Shown here one piece after another: positions 20,292 through 31,160 of a stretch of DNA of 64,000 nt. Origin of the DNA: Thalassobaculaceae bacterium (GTDB taxonomy: Bacteria; Pseudomonadota; Alphaproteobacteria; Thalassobaculales; Thalassobaculaceae). The notes under the pieces were generated by a model. The model was not told where the DNA came from. It saw nothing but the letters and a program-made list of their open reading frames with translations, and ran no database searches. Made by a program: the position numbers and the translations under genes. The DNA is taken from positions 4,787,566 through 4,851,565 of the forward strand of contig OY729512.2 in NCBI GenBank assembly GCA_963422445.2, in the 5' to 3' direction. Position 1 is the stretch's first letter; each line of letters begins with the position of its first letter.

Positions 20292-21470
20292 TAGTGTCCT
20301 GCTCCATAGGTTCGTACTATTGTGTTGTTGATGGAAGCAAGGAGGTTCATTCCGTGTCGAGAACAGCGGTGGACATTACCCTGACAGATGAGGAGCGCAA
20401 GAAGCTGGGTCGGCTGAGCCGGAGCCGCAAGTCGTGGCAGGCCTTGGCGCTGAGGGCACGGATCGTGCTGGAGGCGGACGGGCTGTCCAACAAGGAAATC
20501 GCGGCCTTGTTGGAGGTCACGGAGTTGACTGTCGGCAAGTGGCGCCGCCGCTTCGCCGAAGACCGCCTCGACGGTCTGCATGACGCGCCGCGTTCGGGTG
20601 CGCCCCGGCGCATCGGCGACGACGAAGTTGCCGAGGTCGTTCGCATGACGCTGGAGGACACACCGCCCGACGCCACTCACTGGAGCCTGCGCTCGATGGC
20701 GCGCGCCACCGGGTACGGCGCCTCGACCATCCATCGCATCTGGCAGGCCTTTTCCCTGCAGCCGCACCGCAGCGAGACCTTCAAGCTGTCGGCGGACCCG
20801 TACTTCGTGGACAAGACGCGCGACATCGTCGGCCTCTACGTGGACCCGCCGCAGCATGCCATGGTTCTCTGTGTGGACGAGAAGTCCCAGGTTCAGGCCC
20901 TCGACCGCACCCAGCCCTTGCTGCCGCTGCGGCCGGGCCAGGCCGAGCGGCGCAGCCATGACGACAAGCGCAACGGCACGACCTCGTTGTTCGCCGCCCT
21001 CGACGTCGCCACCGGCGAGGTCATCGGCAAGTGTTTCCGCCGTCACCGAAGCCGGGAGTTCCGCAAGGTCCTGGACTATATCGAGGCCAACGTGCCCGAG
21101 GATCTCGACATCCATATCGTCATCGACAACTACTCGACGCACAAGACGAAGGAAGTCCGCGCCTGGTTCGCAAAGCGGCCTCGCTGGCATGTGCACGTCA
21201 CGCCGACCTCGGCGTCGTGGCTCAACCAGGTGGAGCGGTGCTTCTCCGATCTGACGGAGAAGCAGATCCGTCGCGGGGGTCACCGCTCGACCGTCGAGTT
21301 GGAGCAGGCGATCACCGCGTATATCGAGGCGGTCAACGAGGACCCCAAGCCGTTCCGCTGGCACAAGTCCGCCGACGAAATCCTGGCGTCCATCAAGCGC
21401 TTCTGCCTGAGAACCCTCGAACTCGCGCCAACTCAATCATAGCTATGCGAACTTCAGAATCAGGACACTA
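20292..21470 (+). mobile_element. IS630-family insertion sequence, copy 3 (diverged relative of copies 1 and 2)
   Basis: Ends TAGTGTCCTGCTCCATAGGTTCGTACTATTG / ...GCGAACTTCAGAATCAGGACACTA. Flanked by TA in a CTAG target. 1179 bp. Confidence 0.9.
20354..21442 (+). CDS. IS630-family DDE transposase (intact; GTG start after AAGGAGG)
   Basis: Collinear with the copy 1 protein (roughly 80 percent identical by eye). Motifs [23 protein letters not shown] and [16 protein letters not shown]. The ORF track starts it at 20294, inside the IR. Confidence 0.9.
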   Translation: MSRTAVDITLTDEERKKLGRLSRSRKSWQALALRARIVLEADGLSNKEIAALLEVTELTVGKWRRRFAEDRLDGLHDAPRSGAPRRIGDDEVAEVVRMTLEDTPPDATHWSLRSMARATGYGASTIHRIWQAFSLQPHRSETFKLSADPYFVDKTRDIVGLYVDPPQHAMVLCVDEKSQVQALDRTQPLLPLRPGQAERRSHDDKRNGTTSLFAALDVATGEVIGKCFRRHRSREFRKVLDYIEANVPEDLDIHIVIDNYSTHKTKEVRAWFAKRPRWHVHVTPTSASWLNQVERCFSDLTEKQIRRGGHRSTVELEQAITAYIEAVNEDPKPFRWHKSADEILASIKRFCLRTLELAPTQS

Positions 21471-22113
21471 GGTACCCCGCCTCATTTCTTTTCCCGGTAA
21501 TGTGTCGAGCAGCCTGTCCGGTACATGGTCGATCGGCGCGCACCGCGCTGGTCGTGATGCTGCGGTCACGGGGGAAATCTGCCGGCAGAGAACGATGCGG
21601 CGACGGCAGTAATCCGCAATGCGTGCCGCGCTGCCGAGTCATGGCGACGATAATAGCGTAATCGCGCGCAGATCCGGCAAGCGCACGAACAAATGTCCGA
21701 AAGCGTTCGAACAGAAATCTGTCCGCCACCTTGTCAACGGGCGGTGGACGGCAGGTATTTTCGATTTACTCGTCCTGGATTTGGACCAAGTCTAACCAGG
21801 ATGGGTCCGGGCACTCGCGCAAGGTATCGGATCCCGGTCAGATCCACAGTCCTCTCCTTGCGCTCGGACTTTTGCGCATGGCAGAGGTGATGTCGCGGAC
21901 CGGGTTTCCGGAAACGGGCAGTGGCGCATATGCGCGCCACTCAGCCGTGATCTGCGCCAAAGCATCCGGTCTCCACGCAAATCGGCGTGTCACCAAGGGG
22001 CTCGCCAGTCAAAATGCCCCGCCCGCAGCAAGCAGAATACGGAATCACGAAGGCGAGAATGACCAACGGCCCGTTCAACGCGATTCAGAATTGCAAGCGC
22101 GAAATCCCGAACA

Positions 22114-22189
22114 TGGTGGGCGCTGACGGATTCGAACCGCCGACCCTCTCGGTGTAAACGAGACGCTCTTCCATCTGAGCTAAGCGCCC
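22114..22189 (-). tRNA. tRNA-Val (anticodon TAC)
   Basis: 76-nt hand-folded cloverleaf: GGGCGCT/AGCGCCC acceptor, GCTC/GAGC D stem, TCTCG-TTTACAC-CGAGA anticodon arm, GGCGG-TTCGAAT-CCGTC T arm, encoded ACCA. Confidence 0.92.
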
Positions 22190-22241
22190 ATTGCTTCCGG
22201 CTGCGCCGTTCCCAATTCGGCGCTGCCGGAAGCCGCAAAAA

Positions 22242-22514
22242 TCAGTTCAGCGCGTCCTTCAATACTTTGCTAGCCTTGAATTTTGGTTGCCGCGACGCAG
22301 CAATCTGGATTTTTTCACCGGTTCGGGGATTACGTCCCTCGGAAGCTGACCGTATCACTGAACTGAATGTTCCAAACCCGATGAGCCGGACCTCGCTGCC
22401 ACCCTTGAGAGCGTCGCTGATCGCGCCAAACATGGCATCGACAGCATCAGTCGCCTGCGCCTTGGTAATGCCGGACGCGCTTGATACTATTTCGATGAGA
22501 TTCGATCTGTTCAC
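22242..22514 (-). CDS. hupB: HU-family DNA-binding protein (GTG start after GGGAGG; ORF track extends to 22571)
   Basis: VNRSNLIEIVSSASGITKAQATDAVDAMFGAISDALKGGSEVRLIGFGTFSSVIRSASEGRNPRTGEKIQIAASRQPKFKASKVLKDALN is a canonical 90-aa HU. Confidence 0.92.
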   Translation of the reverse strand: MNRSNLIEIVSSASGITKAQATDAVDAMFGAISDALKGGSEVRLIGFGTFSSVIRSASEGRNPRTGEKIQIAASRQPKFKASKVLKDALN

Positions 22515-22714
22515 TATAACCTCCCGAAGCGTAGAGATTGGCATCGGCTTGATACCGCCATCGAAGCGCACTCTGTGTACACATCAAATATCAACGGGTC
22601 AACCCAAGGTGCAGCAATTCTCCTTATGGCGTTTTTCGTTGCATTGCGGCCTTTCGTGTTGGTTTTTTGGCGGTTTTGCGGTTGGAGGGATGGGCTTGGC
22701 GCGGGGGCCGGGGA

Positions 22715-23979
22715 TCAGGCGTTTGCGGGAGGGGGGAGGCCCGTGATGACGGTTTTCATGAGGACCGCCCATGACGCGAAGACATGGTAGGCGGTGATCG
22801 TGCGGATGTGCTCGAACAGGCGCCTTCGGGCTCCGAGTGCGTGCCGCGCCCGCCGCCAGGATGCTTCGATCAGGTCGCAGGCCGTGTGCAGGGCGAAGGC
22901 CAGCAGATTGAGCACGACCAGGATGCTGGCCAGGGTCTGGCTGCCATGCCCGAAATTGTGTTCGAGGTTGTAGCCATTGGTCTTCAGGACGTTGAAGGTC
23001 TCGTTCTCGATCTTCCAGCGGGCACGCCCGCAGGCGGCGATGGCGGCGGCGGTGTCTCGCGTGACGGCAAGGTCGGTGACGAAGCTGTTGCGGTAGGTCA
23101 CCTTGCCGTCGGGCTTGGCGATCTCGACCTCCAGCCAGTTGACGACGAGCGCGTCGGCGCCGTCGCGCAGCGGCACGCCATTCATCCAGCGATAGCGATG
23201 GCGGCGCCTGGCCGCGCCCCTGCCCACGGTCTGGCACACCTCGTCCAGCACGACGCCATGGGTGTATTCGCTCAACGTCTTGTGGCTGGACGGCTTGCAC
23301 ACGAAGATGAAGCTCCCGCCCGCGGCGCGCACCGCCTCGCAGATCGGCTGGCGGGACTAGAGATCGTCGCCCAGATAGACCGGTCTCAGCCCGGCCACAC
23401 AAGGCCCCAGGCGGGCCAGCCAGCGCTGCGCCGCGCGGCTCTCGCAGTCCTGCTTCGCCGAGCCGTCTTGCGGGCGCACGAACTCCGGCGCCAGAGGCAA
23501 GGCGCGGCGCTGCCCCGGCGCCACCAGAGCGGCGCCGACAAAGCTGTGGAAATACTCCACCTCCTCGCCCCGCCGGCGCGTCGAGCAGTGCGCGCAGTGG
23601 ATCGTGCCGGAACGGAAAGGCTCCGAGCCGTCCAGCGCGATCAACACCCGATCGTCCAGGCAGCGCAGACCCGACAAGGCACCGGCGCCATCCAGGTCAT
23701 CGACAAGCGCCGAAAACACCGCATCGAAATGATCCGTCGGCGCCCCATCCAGCATCCGCCGGATATGGCTGTCGCACGCAATCCGCTCCATGCCGAACAG
23801 CGTCCCGGCGCATCAGCGCCGCGCTGCGCCGACAGCAGGCGCTGATGCGCCAGAAACGACGGGCTCTGCACGAAAAACACCGAAAACGCCGCAAGCCCGA
23901 TGTCTCTCATGGCATAGCGCGTGTTGCGTCCCGAGCGCTTGTCGGGCAACGCCGCGCACCGCTTCCATGTATCGTTCAA
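22715..23979 (-). pseudogene. ISNCY-like/IS4-like DDE transposase with one frameshift and one in-frame TAG
   Basis: Three pieces: 23979-~23800 (ALPDKRSGRNTRYAMRDIGLAAFSVFFVQSPSFLAHQR), 23791-23357 (ends YLGDDL then TAG at 23357-23359), and 23356-22715 in the same frame (SRQPICEAV RAAGGSFIFVCKPSSHK ... RWKIENETFNVLKTNGYNLEHNFGHG). Confidence 0.7.
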
Positions 23980-24195
23980 GACGCTTCATACAACAGCTTG
24001 AATCACATCTCCAAGCCTTTGAAAACCCCCGATAACTCCAAAAGGAGAATTGCTGCCCAAGGTGATCCCACGTTAAGTGATTTGGCGTGATTTTGCCATT
24101 TTTCCAGTTGTGAAAATTTTGCCGGCTTTGTGTGTTCAGATTTGCGACCGCGGCCAGCATGATCTTGAAGGCTCAATTCGTGAATCGTAAGCATT

Positions 24196-24996
24196 GTGAC
24201 AGGATCCCGCCGATTCGTCTTGACGGTCAGAGAGATGGATCACGAGCGGTTTCGGGATTGGTTTTCGCGTGTCGATGAGTTGAGGCGGCGCGGCGCAAGG
24301 CGGCGGCGGTGCTGTCGGACCCGCCGGAGGGCGCGGCCTCGCTGGTGGCGACCGAGCTGGGCGTGGATGACGAACGGCGCTGTCGGCATTGCGGCGCCGG
24401 CGGGGCGGTGTCGCAGGGCACGGCGCGCGGTCTTCGCCGTGTCCGGTGCAAGGCCTGTGGGAAGACGTTCGGTGCGCTGACCGGCACAGCGCTATCGCGC
24501 GCACCGGGGTCGATCCTAGTCGTCGCCGACCGTGCGGGCAAGACCCTCAGCCATACCCTGCCCGCCCTCAACGCAGACAGCGTGAAGAAGGGGCTGGAGC
24601 CGGTCGTAGCACCGGATGCGCTGCTCGTCTCCGACGCCAACCGCTGCTATCCGCCCGTTGCGGCGGCGCTCGACATCCCACACGGGAGCATCAACGCTTC
24701 TGCCAGCCAGCGGGTCCGGGGCGCGCAGCACATCCAGACGGTCAATAGCCGCCACAGCCAGATCAAGGGCGTCCTGCGCGGCTCCGCGGCATCCCACCAA
24801 GGACTTGGACAGCTATCTGAGGTGGTTCCATCTCATTGAACGCGGCGATCAACCAGCGTCCAGAGCCTGCCTCGAGGCAGCGATGGCCAGACCGCCGCCT
24901 ATGTTTTGCGAATTGAGCCATTTTGAAACATCGTTTCAAGGCGCAACCGTTCGGTTTCGACCTCTCGAATATCGAGGTTTGTCTGGCTCGTCCTGA
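24196..24996 (+). pseudogene. Degenerate IS1595-family transposase remnant (internal deletion plus frameshift)
   Basis: Zn-ribbon CRHCGAGGAV...RRVRCKACGKTFGALTGT, then LLVSDANRCYPPVAAALDIPHGSINAS...HIQTVNSRHSQIKG. In another frame, TKDLDSYLRWFHLIE. The middle of the protein is missing. Confidence 0.6.
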
Positions 24997-25560
24997 CAAG
25001 CGGGTGGGTCGGGATACTGTGGTCACAGCCTGTCATTATCCTGGGTTCAAGGGCTTTGCCGGTCGCGGTTTGCGCCATGTGGTCCTGTGGCACGGCCAAT
25101 GGGTCGCGGTCGCCGGCTGGCAGACCGGTGCTTTCAACTGCACGCCGCGGGACCGGTGGATCGGCCGGGCTCCGGCGGAGCCGTTTCGGCGTCTTCATCT
25201 GATCGGCAACAACGCCCGGTTTCTCATGCCCTGCAAACCGGGCGTGTTTCCCGGTCTGGCCCGTTTTGCACTGACGCGGATGACGGAGCGCCTGAGTGCG
25301 GACAAGCAGGTGGCGTATGGCCATCCCCTGTTGCCGGCGGAACGTTTGTGGATCCGAAGTCTTTCTCGGGAACCCTGTACGCGGTGGCGAACTGGCACCT
25401 CCCGGGCGCCAGCAAGAGCCATGCGTGCAGCAACGGCCGCTATACCGGATCGCATGGCAACCCCAGGCAGCGTCATGGTCTGCCGTTACGGCGCAACGCC
25501 TGCTGCCGGTTGCGCGCGACCGACGCGCTTCTGGCGGCGTGGGAGCTGAAAGCCGGGATC
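24923..25560 (+). pseudogene. DUF4338-like gene remnant (frameshifted)
   Basis: HYPGFKGFAGRGLRHVVLWHGQWVAVAGWQTGAFNCTPRDRWIGRAP...LIGNNARFLM...GHPLLPAE continues in another frame as TFVDPKSFSGTLYAVANWHLPG. Family recalled from memory; it is often linked to ISAs1-type transposases. Confidence 0.5.
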
Positions 25561-25589
25561 TCGAACCGGAGCGTCGGGCCGTTGCCGCC

Positions 25590-26196
25590 GATTGACGCAA
25601 ACGTCGTGCAGGTTGACGATGTCCGGCGCAGCCAGGGGCGTAAGCCCTGCATGGCCTCCGTGCTGTCGGTGAGTCTGCTGTCCCGTCTGATGGTCATACG
25701 GGCCCGGTGGCCGCGGCCGCGCTCGCGGCCAGCCTCGATCAGAAGGATCTTGCGGCCATCGGCAGCTGGAAGAACACGGTCACCGGTTGCCATGAGCCGG
25801 TCTCCGGATCGACCCTGCATCGGGTTATGCAGATCCTCGACCCGGAGCAGAGGCAAGCGGTGCTTCAACGCCATGGGCAACCACGTCTGCACATCGCACA
25901 AGCCGTTGCCGTCGACGCCAGCCGCGCAACACCGCAAGACCGGCTCGCCAGGACCACGGTCACAGGCTGCTCGCACGCCATCACCCTGTCCGGGATGTCA
26001 CCTTCAAAGAAGACGATTGGACCGCCCGCACCCGATACGCACCGTCCGACAATACCATCATCAACACCATCGCGATCGCCATGATCCTGGGGGACAACCG
26101 CAAGATCGGCAAACCGAAGAGGGGCTTCGCCGAGACCCTGCGTGCCTTCAGCTATCGACGCAAGGACGGCATGAAGGCGCTCTTCACGCCCTTCTG
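25590..26196 (+). pseudogene. ISAs1-family-like transposase remnant (multiple frameshifts)
   Basis: Pieces in different frames: VDDVRRSQGRKP.MASVLSV, STLHRVMQILDPEQRQAVLQRH, AVAVDA. C-terminal GDVTFKEDDWTARTRYAPSDNTIINTIAIAMIL...ALFTPF* ends at 26196. Confidence 0.5.
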
Positions 26197-26274
26197 ACCG
26201 AGACCGCTCTCCCGAAACCACGACACCACCGGTGCGTCCGCCGCTCGCACAACGCGACGGCTGTCTCCAGGATC

Positions 26275-26420
26275 GCCCGAGCGACAACGCGCCGCGCCAC
26301 ATCGGCCGGCCAATCCGGGGCCAATGCGCCGTGAAGGCCCGATTCGTGCGGTCGATCACACAATCGGCAGGCATGGGAAAAACAGGGCGAACTTGGCACA
26401 GGATCGCCGTGGTCAACATC
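26275..26420 (-). repeat. About 145-bp IS5-family remnant, homologous to 40221-40355 in opposite orientation
   Basis: The reverse complement aligns by eye with 40221-40355 (CCACGGCGATCCT..GTTCGCCCTGTTTTT..GCCTGCCGAT..GGCGCGGCGCGTTGTCG). Homology ends near 26275. Confidence 0.6.
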
Positions 26421-26491
26421 GCCGGCGATGAAACGCGTCACACGCCCCCGCGCCGTGTTGCAACCGGCAGAGATCCAGACCACTAGCAATC

Positions 26492-28909
26492 CTAATGGGT
26501 GACCATGCCATCTCGGGTATCGTTGTCGCCGTCAGATCGGGCCGGTGGTGAGATTTCCTCCGCGTCCTGGTGAAGCATCGGAACCGGCTGCGATGTAAGC
26601 GCCAGCGAAATCACTTCGTCGGCTGTGCTGACAGGAATGATCTTCAGGCCACGTTTGACATTATCCGGAATCTCCGCGAGATCCTTCTCGTTTTCACGAG
26701 GAATCAATACTGTTGTCAGCCCGCCACGCAGCGCTGCAAGCAGCTTTTCCTTGAGCCCGCCAATCGGCAGGACCCGGCCTCGCAGGGTAATTTCACCAGT
26801 CATTGCCACATCGCGGCGTACCGTAATTCCAGTCAGAACTGATACAATGGACGTCACCATGGCGACACCGGCCGATGGACCATCCTTTGGCGTTGCCCCT
26901 TCCGGCACATGAACATGGATGTCATGCGACTCAAGAATCTTCCGCCGAATACCGTAGAACGCAGCCCGTGACTTGACCAGGCTTTCGGCAGCCTGTACCG
27001 ACTCCCGCATGACATCGCCAAGTTTTCCGGTCGAGGTCACCCGGCCCTTGCCGGGAACAGTTACGGATTCGATGGACAAGAGTTCGCCACCGACCTCGGT
27101 CCAGGCCAGACCGGTTGTCACTCCGACTAGGTCGGTTTCCTCGGCTTCGCCGAATCGGAAGCGGCGCACACCAGCAAATTTCTCAAGATTACGCCGGGTC
27201 ACATGGACCTGCTTGACGTCGTTCATGAGGATTTCCTTGACCGCCTTGCGGGCAAGATTGGCAAGTTCGCGTTCGAGATTGCGTACCCCGGCCTCACGGG
27301 TGTAGTAGCGAATCAGATCCCGGAGCGCCTCTTCGGAAATCCGCCACTCACCGTCGCGCAGACCATTCTGGGCAATCTGCTTGACGATCAGATGGCGCTG
27401 GGCAATCACGACCTTCTCGTCCTCGGTGTATCCAGACAGGCGGATGACCTCCATGCGGTCGAGCAACGGCTGGGCAAGACGCAGGGTATTCGCTGTCGTC
27501 ACGAACATGACATCCGACAGGTCGTAATCGACCTCGAGGTAATGATCTTGAAAGGCGTTGTTCTGCTCGGGATCGAGCACCTCCAGCAAGGCTGAGGCAG
27601 GGTCGCCACGATAGTCGTTGCCAAGCTTGTCAATCTCGTCGAGCAGGAAGAGCGGGTTGGACGTCTTCGCCTTCTTCATGCCTTGTATGATCTTGCCCGG
27701 CAGCGATCCGATATAGGTGCGGCGATGGCCACGGATTTCGGCCTCGTCGCGAACGCCACCAAGCGACATCCGCACGAAATTCCGGCCGGTCGCCTCGGCA
27801 ACCGACTTGCCGAGCGAGGTCTTGCCGACACCCGGTGGGCCCACGAGGCAGAGAATCGGCCCCTTGACCTTGCCGGTGCGCTGCTGCACCGCAAGATACT
27901 CGAGAATCCGCTCCTTCACCTTCTCCAGACCGTGATGGTCGCGATCAAGAACGGTCCGGGCCAGCAGTAGATCTTTCTTGACCCTGGACCGTTTCTTCCA
28001 CGGAACATCAAGCAGCCAGTCGAGATAGTTCCTCACCACGGTCGCTTCGGCCGAAACCTGACTCATGTTGCGGAATTTCTTTAGTTCGGCCTCGGCCTTC
28101 TCACGCGCTTCCTTGGTAAATTTGGTCTTCTTGATCCGCTTGTCGAGTTCGGCAAATTCGTCGCGCGGATCTTCGTTGTCGCCAAGCTCCTTCTGGATCG
28201 CCCGCATCTGCTCGTTGAGGTAATACTCGCGCTGGGTCTTCTCCATCTGGCGCTTGACCCGGTTACGAATCCGCTTTTCGACCTGAAGAACCCCGATCTC
28301 GCCTTCCATATGGCTGCAGATCCGCTCCAACCGGGCGCCAGTTCCGGCGATTTCCAGAAGTTCCTGTTTCTCAGGGATCTTCAACGCCAGATGCGAAGCA
28401 ATGGTATCGGCCAGTCGAGCCGGATCATCGATCTGGTTGACCGATACCAGAACTTCCGGTGGAATTTTCTTGTTCAGCTTGAGATATTGTTCGAATTGGG
28501 AGACTACGGCGCGCGACAGCGCTTCCAGTTCCTGCTCATCGCCGGGCTCGTCCGGAACCGCATAGGCATGCGCCTCGAAAAAGGCCGGGTTTTTAGCGTA
28601 TTCGACGATCCTGGCCCGATGCACACCCTCAATCAGAACCTTGACGGTTCCATCAGGCAACCGCAGCAACTGCAATACGGTGCCAACTGTGCCGATCTCA
28701 AAGACATCGTCGGTTCCGGGGTCATCATCGCCGGAATTTTTCTGGGTCACGAGAAGGATCTGTTTGTCATCCTTCATGACATCTTCGAGTGCCTTGATCG
28801 ATTTTTCGCGGCCGACAAAGAGCGGAACGATCATGTGCGGGAATACAACGATATCGCGAAGGGGAAGAACCGGGTAAGAAACCGGGCAGGAGGCAGCAGC
28901 TTGTGTCAT
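26492..28909 (-). CDS. lon: ATP-dependent Lon protease
   Basis: 805 aa. Walker A GPPGVGKTSLGKSVA, catalytic PKDGPSAGVAMVTS, and a LON N-domain start YPVLPLRDIVVFPHM. Confidence 0.97.
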   Translation of the reverse strand: MTQAAASCPVSYPVLPLRDIVVFPHMIVPLFVGREKSIKALEDVMKDDKQILLVTQKNSGDDDPGTDDVFEIGTVGTVLQLLRLPDGTVKVLIEGVHRARIVEYAKNPAFFEAHAYAVPDEPGDEQELEALSRAVVSQFEQYLKLNKKIPPEVLVSVNQIDDPARLADTIASHLALKIPEKQELLEIAGTGARLERICSHMEGEIGVLQVEKRIRNRVKRQMEKTQREYYLNEQMRAIQKELGDNEDPRDEFAELDKRIKKTKFTKEAREKAEAELKKFRNMSQVSAEATVVRNYLDWLLDVPWKKRSRVKKDLLLARTVLDRDHHGLEKVKERILEYLAVQQRTGKVKGPILCLVGPPGVGKTSLGKSVAEATGRNFVRMSLGGVRDEAEIRGHRRTYIGSLPGKIIQGMKKAKTSNPLFLLDEIDKLGNDYRGDPASALLEVLDPEQNNAFQDHYLEVDYDLSDVMFVTTANTLRLAQPLLDRMEVIRLSGYTEDEKVVIAQRHLIVKQIAQNGLRDGEWRISEEALRDLIRYYTREAGVRNLERELANLARKAVKEILMNDVKQVHVTRRNLEKFAGVRRFRFGEAEETDLVGVTTGLAWTEVGGELLSIESVTVPGKGRVTSTGKLGDVMRESVQAAESLVKSRAAFYGIRRKILESHDIHVHVPEGATPKDGPSAGVAMVTSIVSVLTGITVRRDVAMTGEITLRGRVLPIGGLKEKLLAALRGGLTTVLIPRENEKDLAEIPDNVKRGLKIIPVSTADEVISLALTSQPVPMLHQDAEEISPPARSDGDNDTRDGMVTH

Positions 28910-29028
28910 CAGGTAAAATGCCTTCCCTGTTCAAGGACGGACGCGGGTCAAGCCCGGCACCGGCAGCAACCCACTAGTTGGCCACGGCGGCAGTCAAATT
29001 CAAGACGCAACACGGTGAGAGGCGCTAC

Positions 29029-30300
29029 TCAGGCCGTGGTGCCGACATCCTCACGGCGGTCGGCATGCACCGTGATTGGTGATGAGCCGTTATCGACCAC
29101 ATCGCCATTGATGATAACCTCCTCCACGTCCTCGGTGCTTGGCAGGTCGAACATCGGATCGAGCAAAATGGTCTCGAGAATCGAGCGCAAGCCACGAGCG
29201 CCGGTTTTCCGCTGAATCGCCCGTTGGGCAATGCTGCGTAGCGCATCCTCGCGGAATGAAAGCCGGACATTCTCCATTTCGAAGAGCCGCTGATATTGCT
29301 TGACCAACGCGTTCTTCGGGCGCGTGAGAATTTCGACAAGCGCGTCCTCGTCGAGGTCGTCAAGGGTCGCGAGCACCGGCAATCGACCGACGAATTCCGG
29401 AATCAGGCCGAATCTCAGCAGATCTTCCGGTTCGATGCCACGCAGGATCTCACCGGTCCGACCATCGCCGGGAACCCGGACATCGGCGTTAAACCCGATT
29501 GACGAACCCTTGTTTCGGTTCGAGATGATTCGGTCGAGACCGGCAAACGCTCCGCCGCAAATGAACAGGATATTGGTTGTATCGACCTGCAGAAATTCCT
29601 GTTGCGGATGCTTGCGCCCCCCCTGCGGCGGTACGCTGGCGATGGTGCCTTCCATGATTTTCAGCAGAGCTTGCTGCACTCCCTCACCCGACACATCACG
29701 AGTAATCGACGGGTTGTCGGACTTGCGGCTGATCTTGTCCACTTCGTCGATATAGACGATGCCGTGTTGCGCCCGTTCGACATTGTAATCCGCAGCCTGC
29801 AGAAGCTTGAGAATGATGTTCTCGACATCCTCACCGACATATCCGGCCTCCGTCAGCGTCGTCGCATCGGCCATCGTGAAGGGGACGTTGATGATCCGGG
29901 CCAAGGTCTGGGCCAGCAAGGTCTTGCCGCAACCGGTCGGTCCGATCAGTACGATATTCGATTTTGCAAGCTCGACATCGTTGTTCTTCTGACCGTGCGC
30001 AAGTCGTTTGTAGTGGTTGTGGACAGCAACCGAGAGGATCCGTTTGGCGTGCCGCTGACCAATGACATAGTCGTCAAGAACCTGACAGATATCCTGCGGT
30101 GCCGGCACTCCGTCTCGGGACTTGACCATGGAGGTCTTGCTCTCCTCCAGGATGATATCCATGCACAGGCCGACGCATTCATCGCAGATGAAGACGGTCG
30201 GACCGGCAATCAGTTTCCGGACTTCATGCTGACTCTTGCCGCAAAAGGAACAATAGAGCGTGTTTTTGGAATCGCCGCTGCCGCTGCCAGATTTGCTCAT
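29029..30300 (-). CDS. clpX: ATP-dependent Clp protease ATP-binding subunit ClpX
   Basis: Zinc ribbon [26 protein letters not shown], Walker [16 protein letters not shown]. 423 aa. Confidence 0.97.
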   Translation of the reverse strand: MSKSGSGSGDSKNTLYCSFCGKSQHEVRKLIAGPTVFICDECVGLCMDIILEESKTSMVKSRDGVPAPQDICQVLDDYVIGQRHAKRILSVAVHNHYKRLAHGQKNNDVELAKSNIVLIGPTGCGKTLLAQTLARIINVPFTMADATTLTEAGYVGEDVENIILKLLQAADYNVERAQHGIVYIDEVDKISRKSDNPSITRDVSGEGVQQALLKIMEGTIASVPPQGGRKHPQQEFLQVDTTNILFICGGAFAGLDRIISNRNKGSSIGFNADVRVPGDGRTGEILRGIEPEDLLRFGLIPEFVGRLPVLATLDDLDEDALVEILTRPKNALVKQYQRLFEMENVRLSFREDALRSIAQRAIQRKTGARGLRSILETILLDPMFDLPSTEDVEEVIINGDVVDNGSSPITVHADRREDVGTTA

Positions 30301-30396
30301 GGCGAGTAGATCCGCATGTGGTTATTCGATCTCATGATAGCCCCGACAGGCCCTTCCCCACAATGCCAAAGTATTGTCGGTTGACAGTTGCCGCAT

Positions 30397-31038
30397 TTAG
30401 CTTGCGCTGTCGGACAGACCTTCCGTCGCCGGCCGTTTTTGAACCACCTCGTCGATCAGGCCAAAACTGACAGCCTCTTCCGGCGTCATGAAATTATCGC
30501 GGTCCATACCTTTTTCGATGGTTCGCATGGACTGACCGGTGTGTTTGACGAAGACCTTGTTCAGTCGTGCCCGGGTTGCGAGAATCTCCTTGGCGTGAAT
30601 CTCGATGTCCGAAGCCTGGCCCTGGAAACCACCTGAAGGCTGATGAATCATCACCTTGGAGTTCGGCAGGCAGAATCTCTTGCCCCTGGTTCCTGCAGCA
30701 AGCAGCAGCGAACCCATTGAGGCCGCCTGACCGACGCACACGGTCGAAACATCCGGCCGGATGTATTCCATGGTATCGTAGATCGCCATGCCGGAGGTCA
30801 CGATGCCGCCGGGCGAGTTGATGTACATCGCGATATCCTTGGCCGGATTGTCAGCTTCGAGGAACAGCAGCTGGGCACAGATGACGCTGGAAACTGCATC
30901 GTTGATCGGCCCGATCACAAAGATAATTCGTTCCTTGAGAAGCCGGGAATAGATATCATAGGCACGCTCGCCGCGATTGGTCTGTTCCACCACCATGGGG
31001 ATCAGACTGTTCATGTAGATTTCGGAAACTTGTTGCAT
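30397..31038 (-). CDS. clpP: ATP-dependent Clp protease proteolytic subunit (likely start at the Met at 31014)
   Basis: [29 protein letters not shown]... [14 protein letters not shown] ... MIHQPSGG. Confidence 0.96.
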   Translation of the reverse strand: MQQVSEIYMNSLIPMVVEQTNRGERAYDIYSRLLKERIIFVIGPINDAVSSVICAQLLFLEADNPAKDIAMYINSPGGIVTSGMAIYDTMEYIRPDVSTVCVGQAASMGSLLLAAGTRGKRFCLPNSKVMIHQPSGGFQGQASDIEIHAKEILATRARLNKVFVKHTGQSMRTIEKGMDRDNFMTPEEAVSFGLIDEVVQKRPATEGLSDSAS

Positions 31039-31160
31039 GGTTCAACGCCTCGGTTGAAATCTCGGTTATCCGAACGAATCGGATGCGGCGTGATCGCCCG
31101 TCAAAGACCGGCCGGGCACGGGCCACAGGGTGTACCTTGCCAGTCATCCGCGGCAAGATG

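Noticed and set aside
20119-20307. 62-aa [24 protein letters not shown]...
   Set aside because: Its start codon and first five codons lie inside the left end of IS630 copy 3, so as drawn it is an artefact. The remaining about 57 codons may be the tail of a disrupted gene. However, the upstream partner (21460-21729) joins in a different frame, and I could not assign a family.
21471-22113. Classical tRNA-Val-integrated genomic island
   Set aside because: I found no integrase-like ORF and no direct repeat of the tRNA 3' end in 11.36-22.1 kb.
25087-26334. 415-aa ORF spanning the DUF4338/ISAs1 remnants
   Set aside because: It is a chimeric reading through several decayed frames. Only short stretches look like real protein, and the true homologous segments switch frames.
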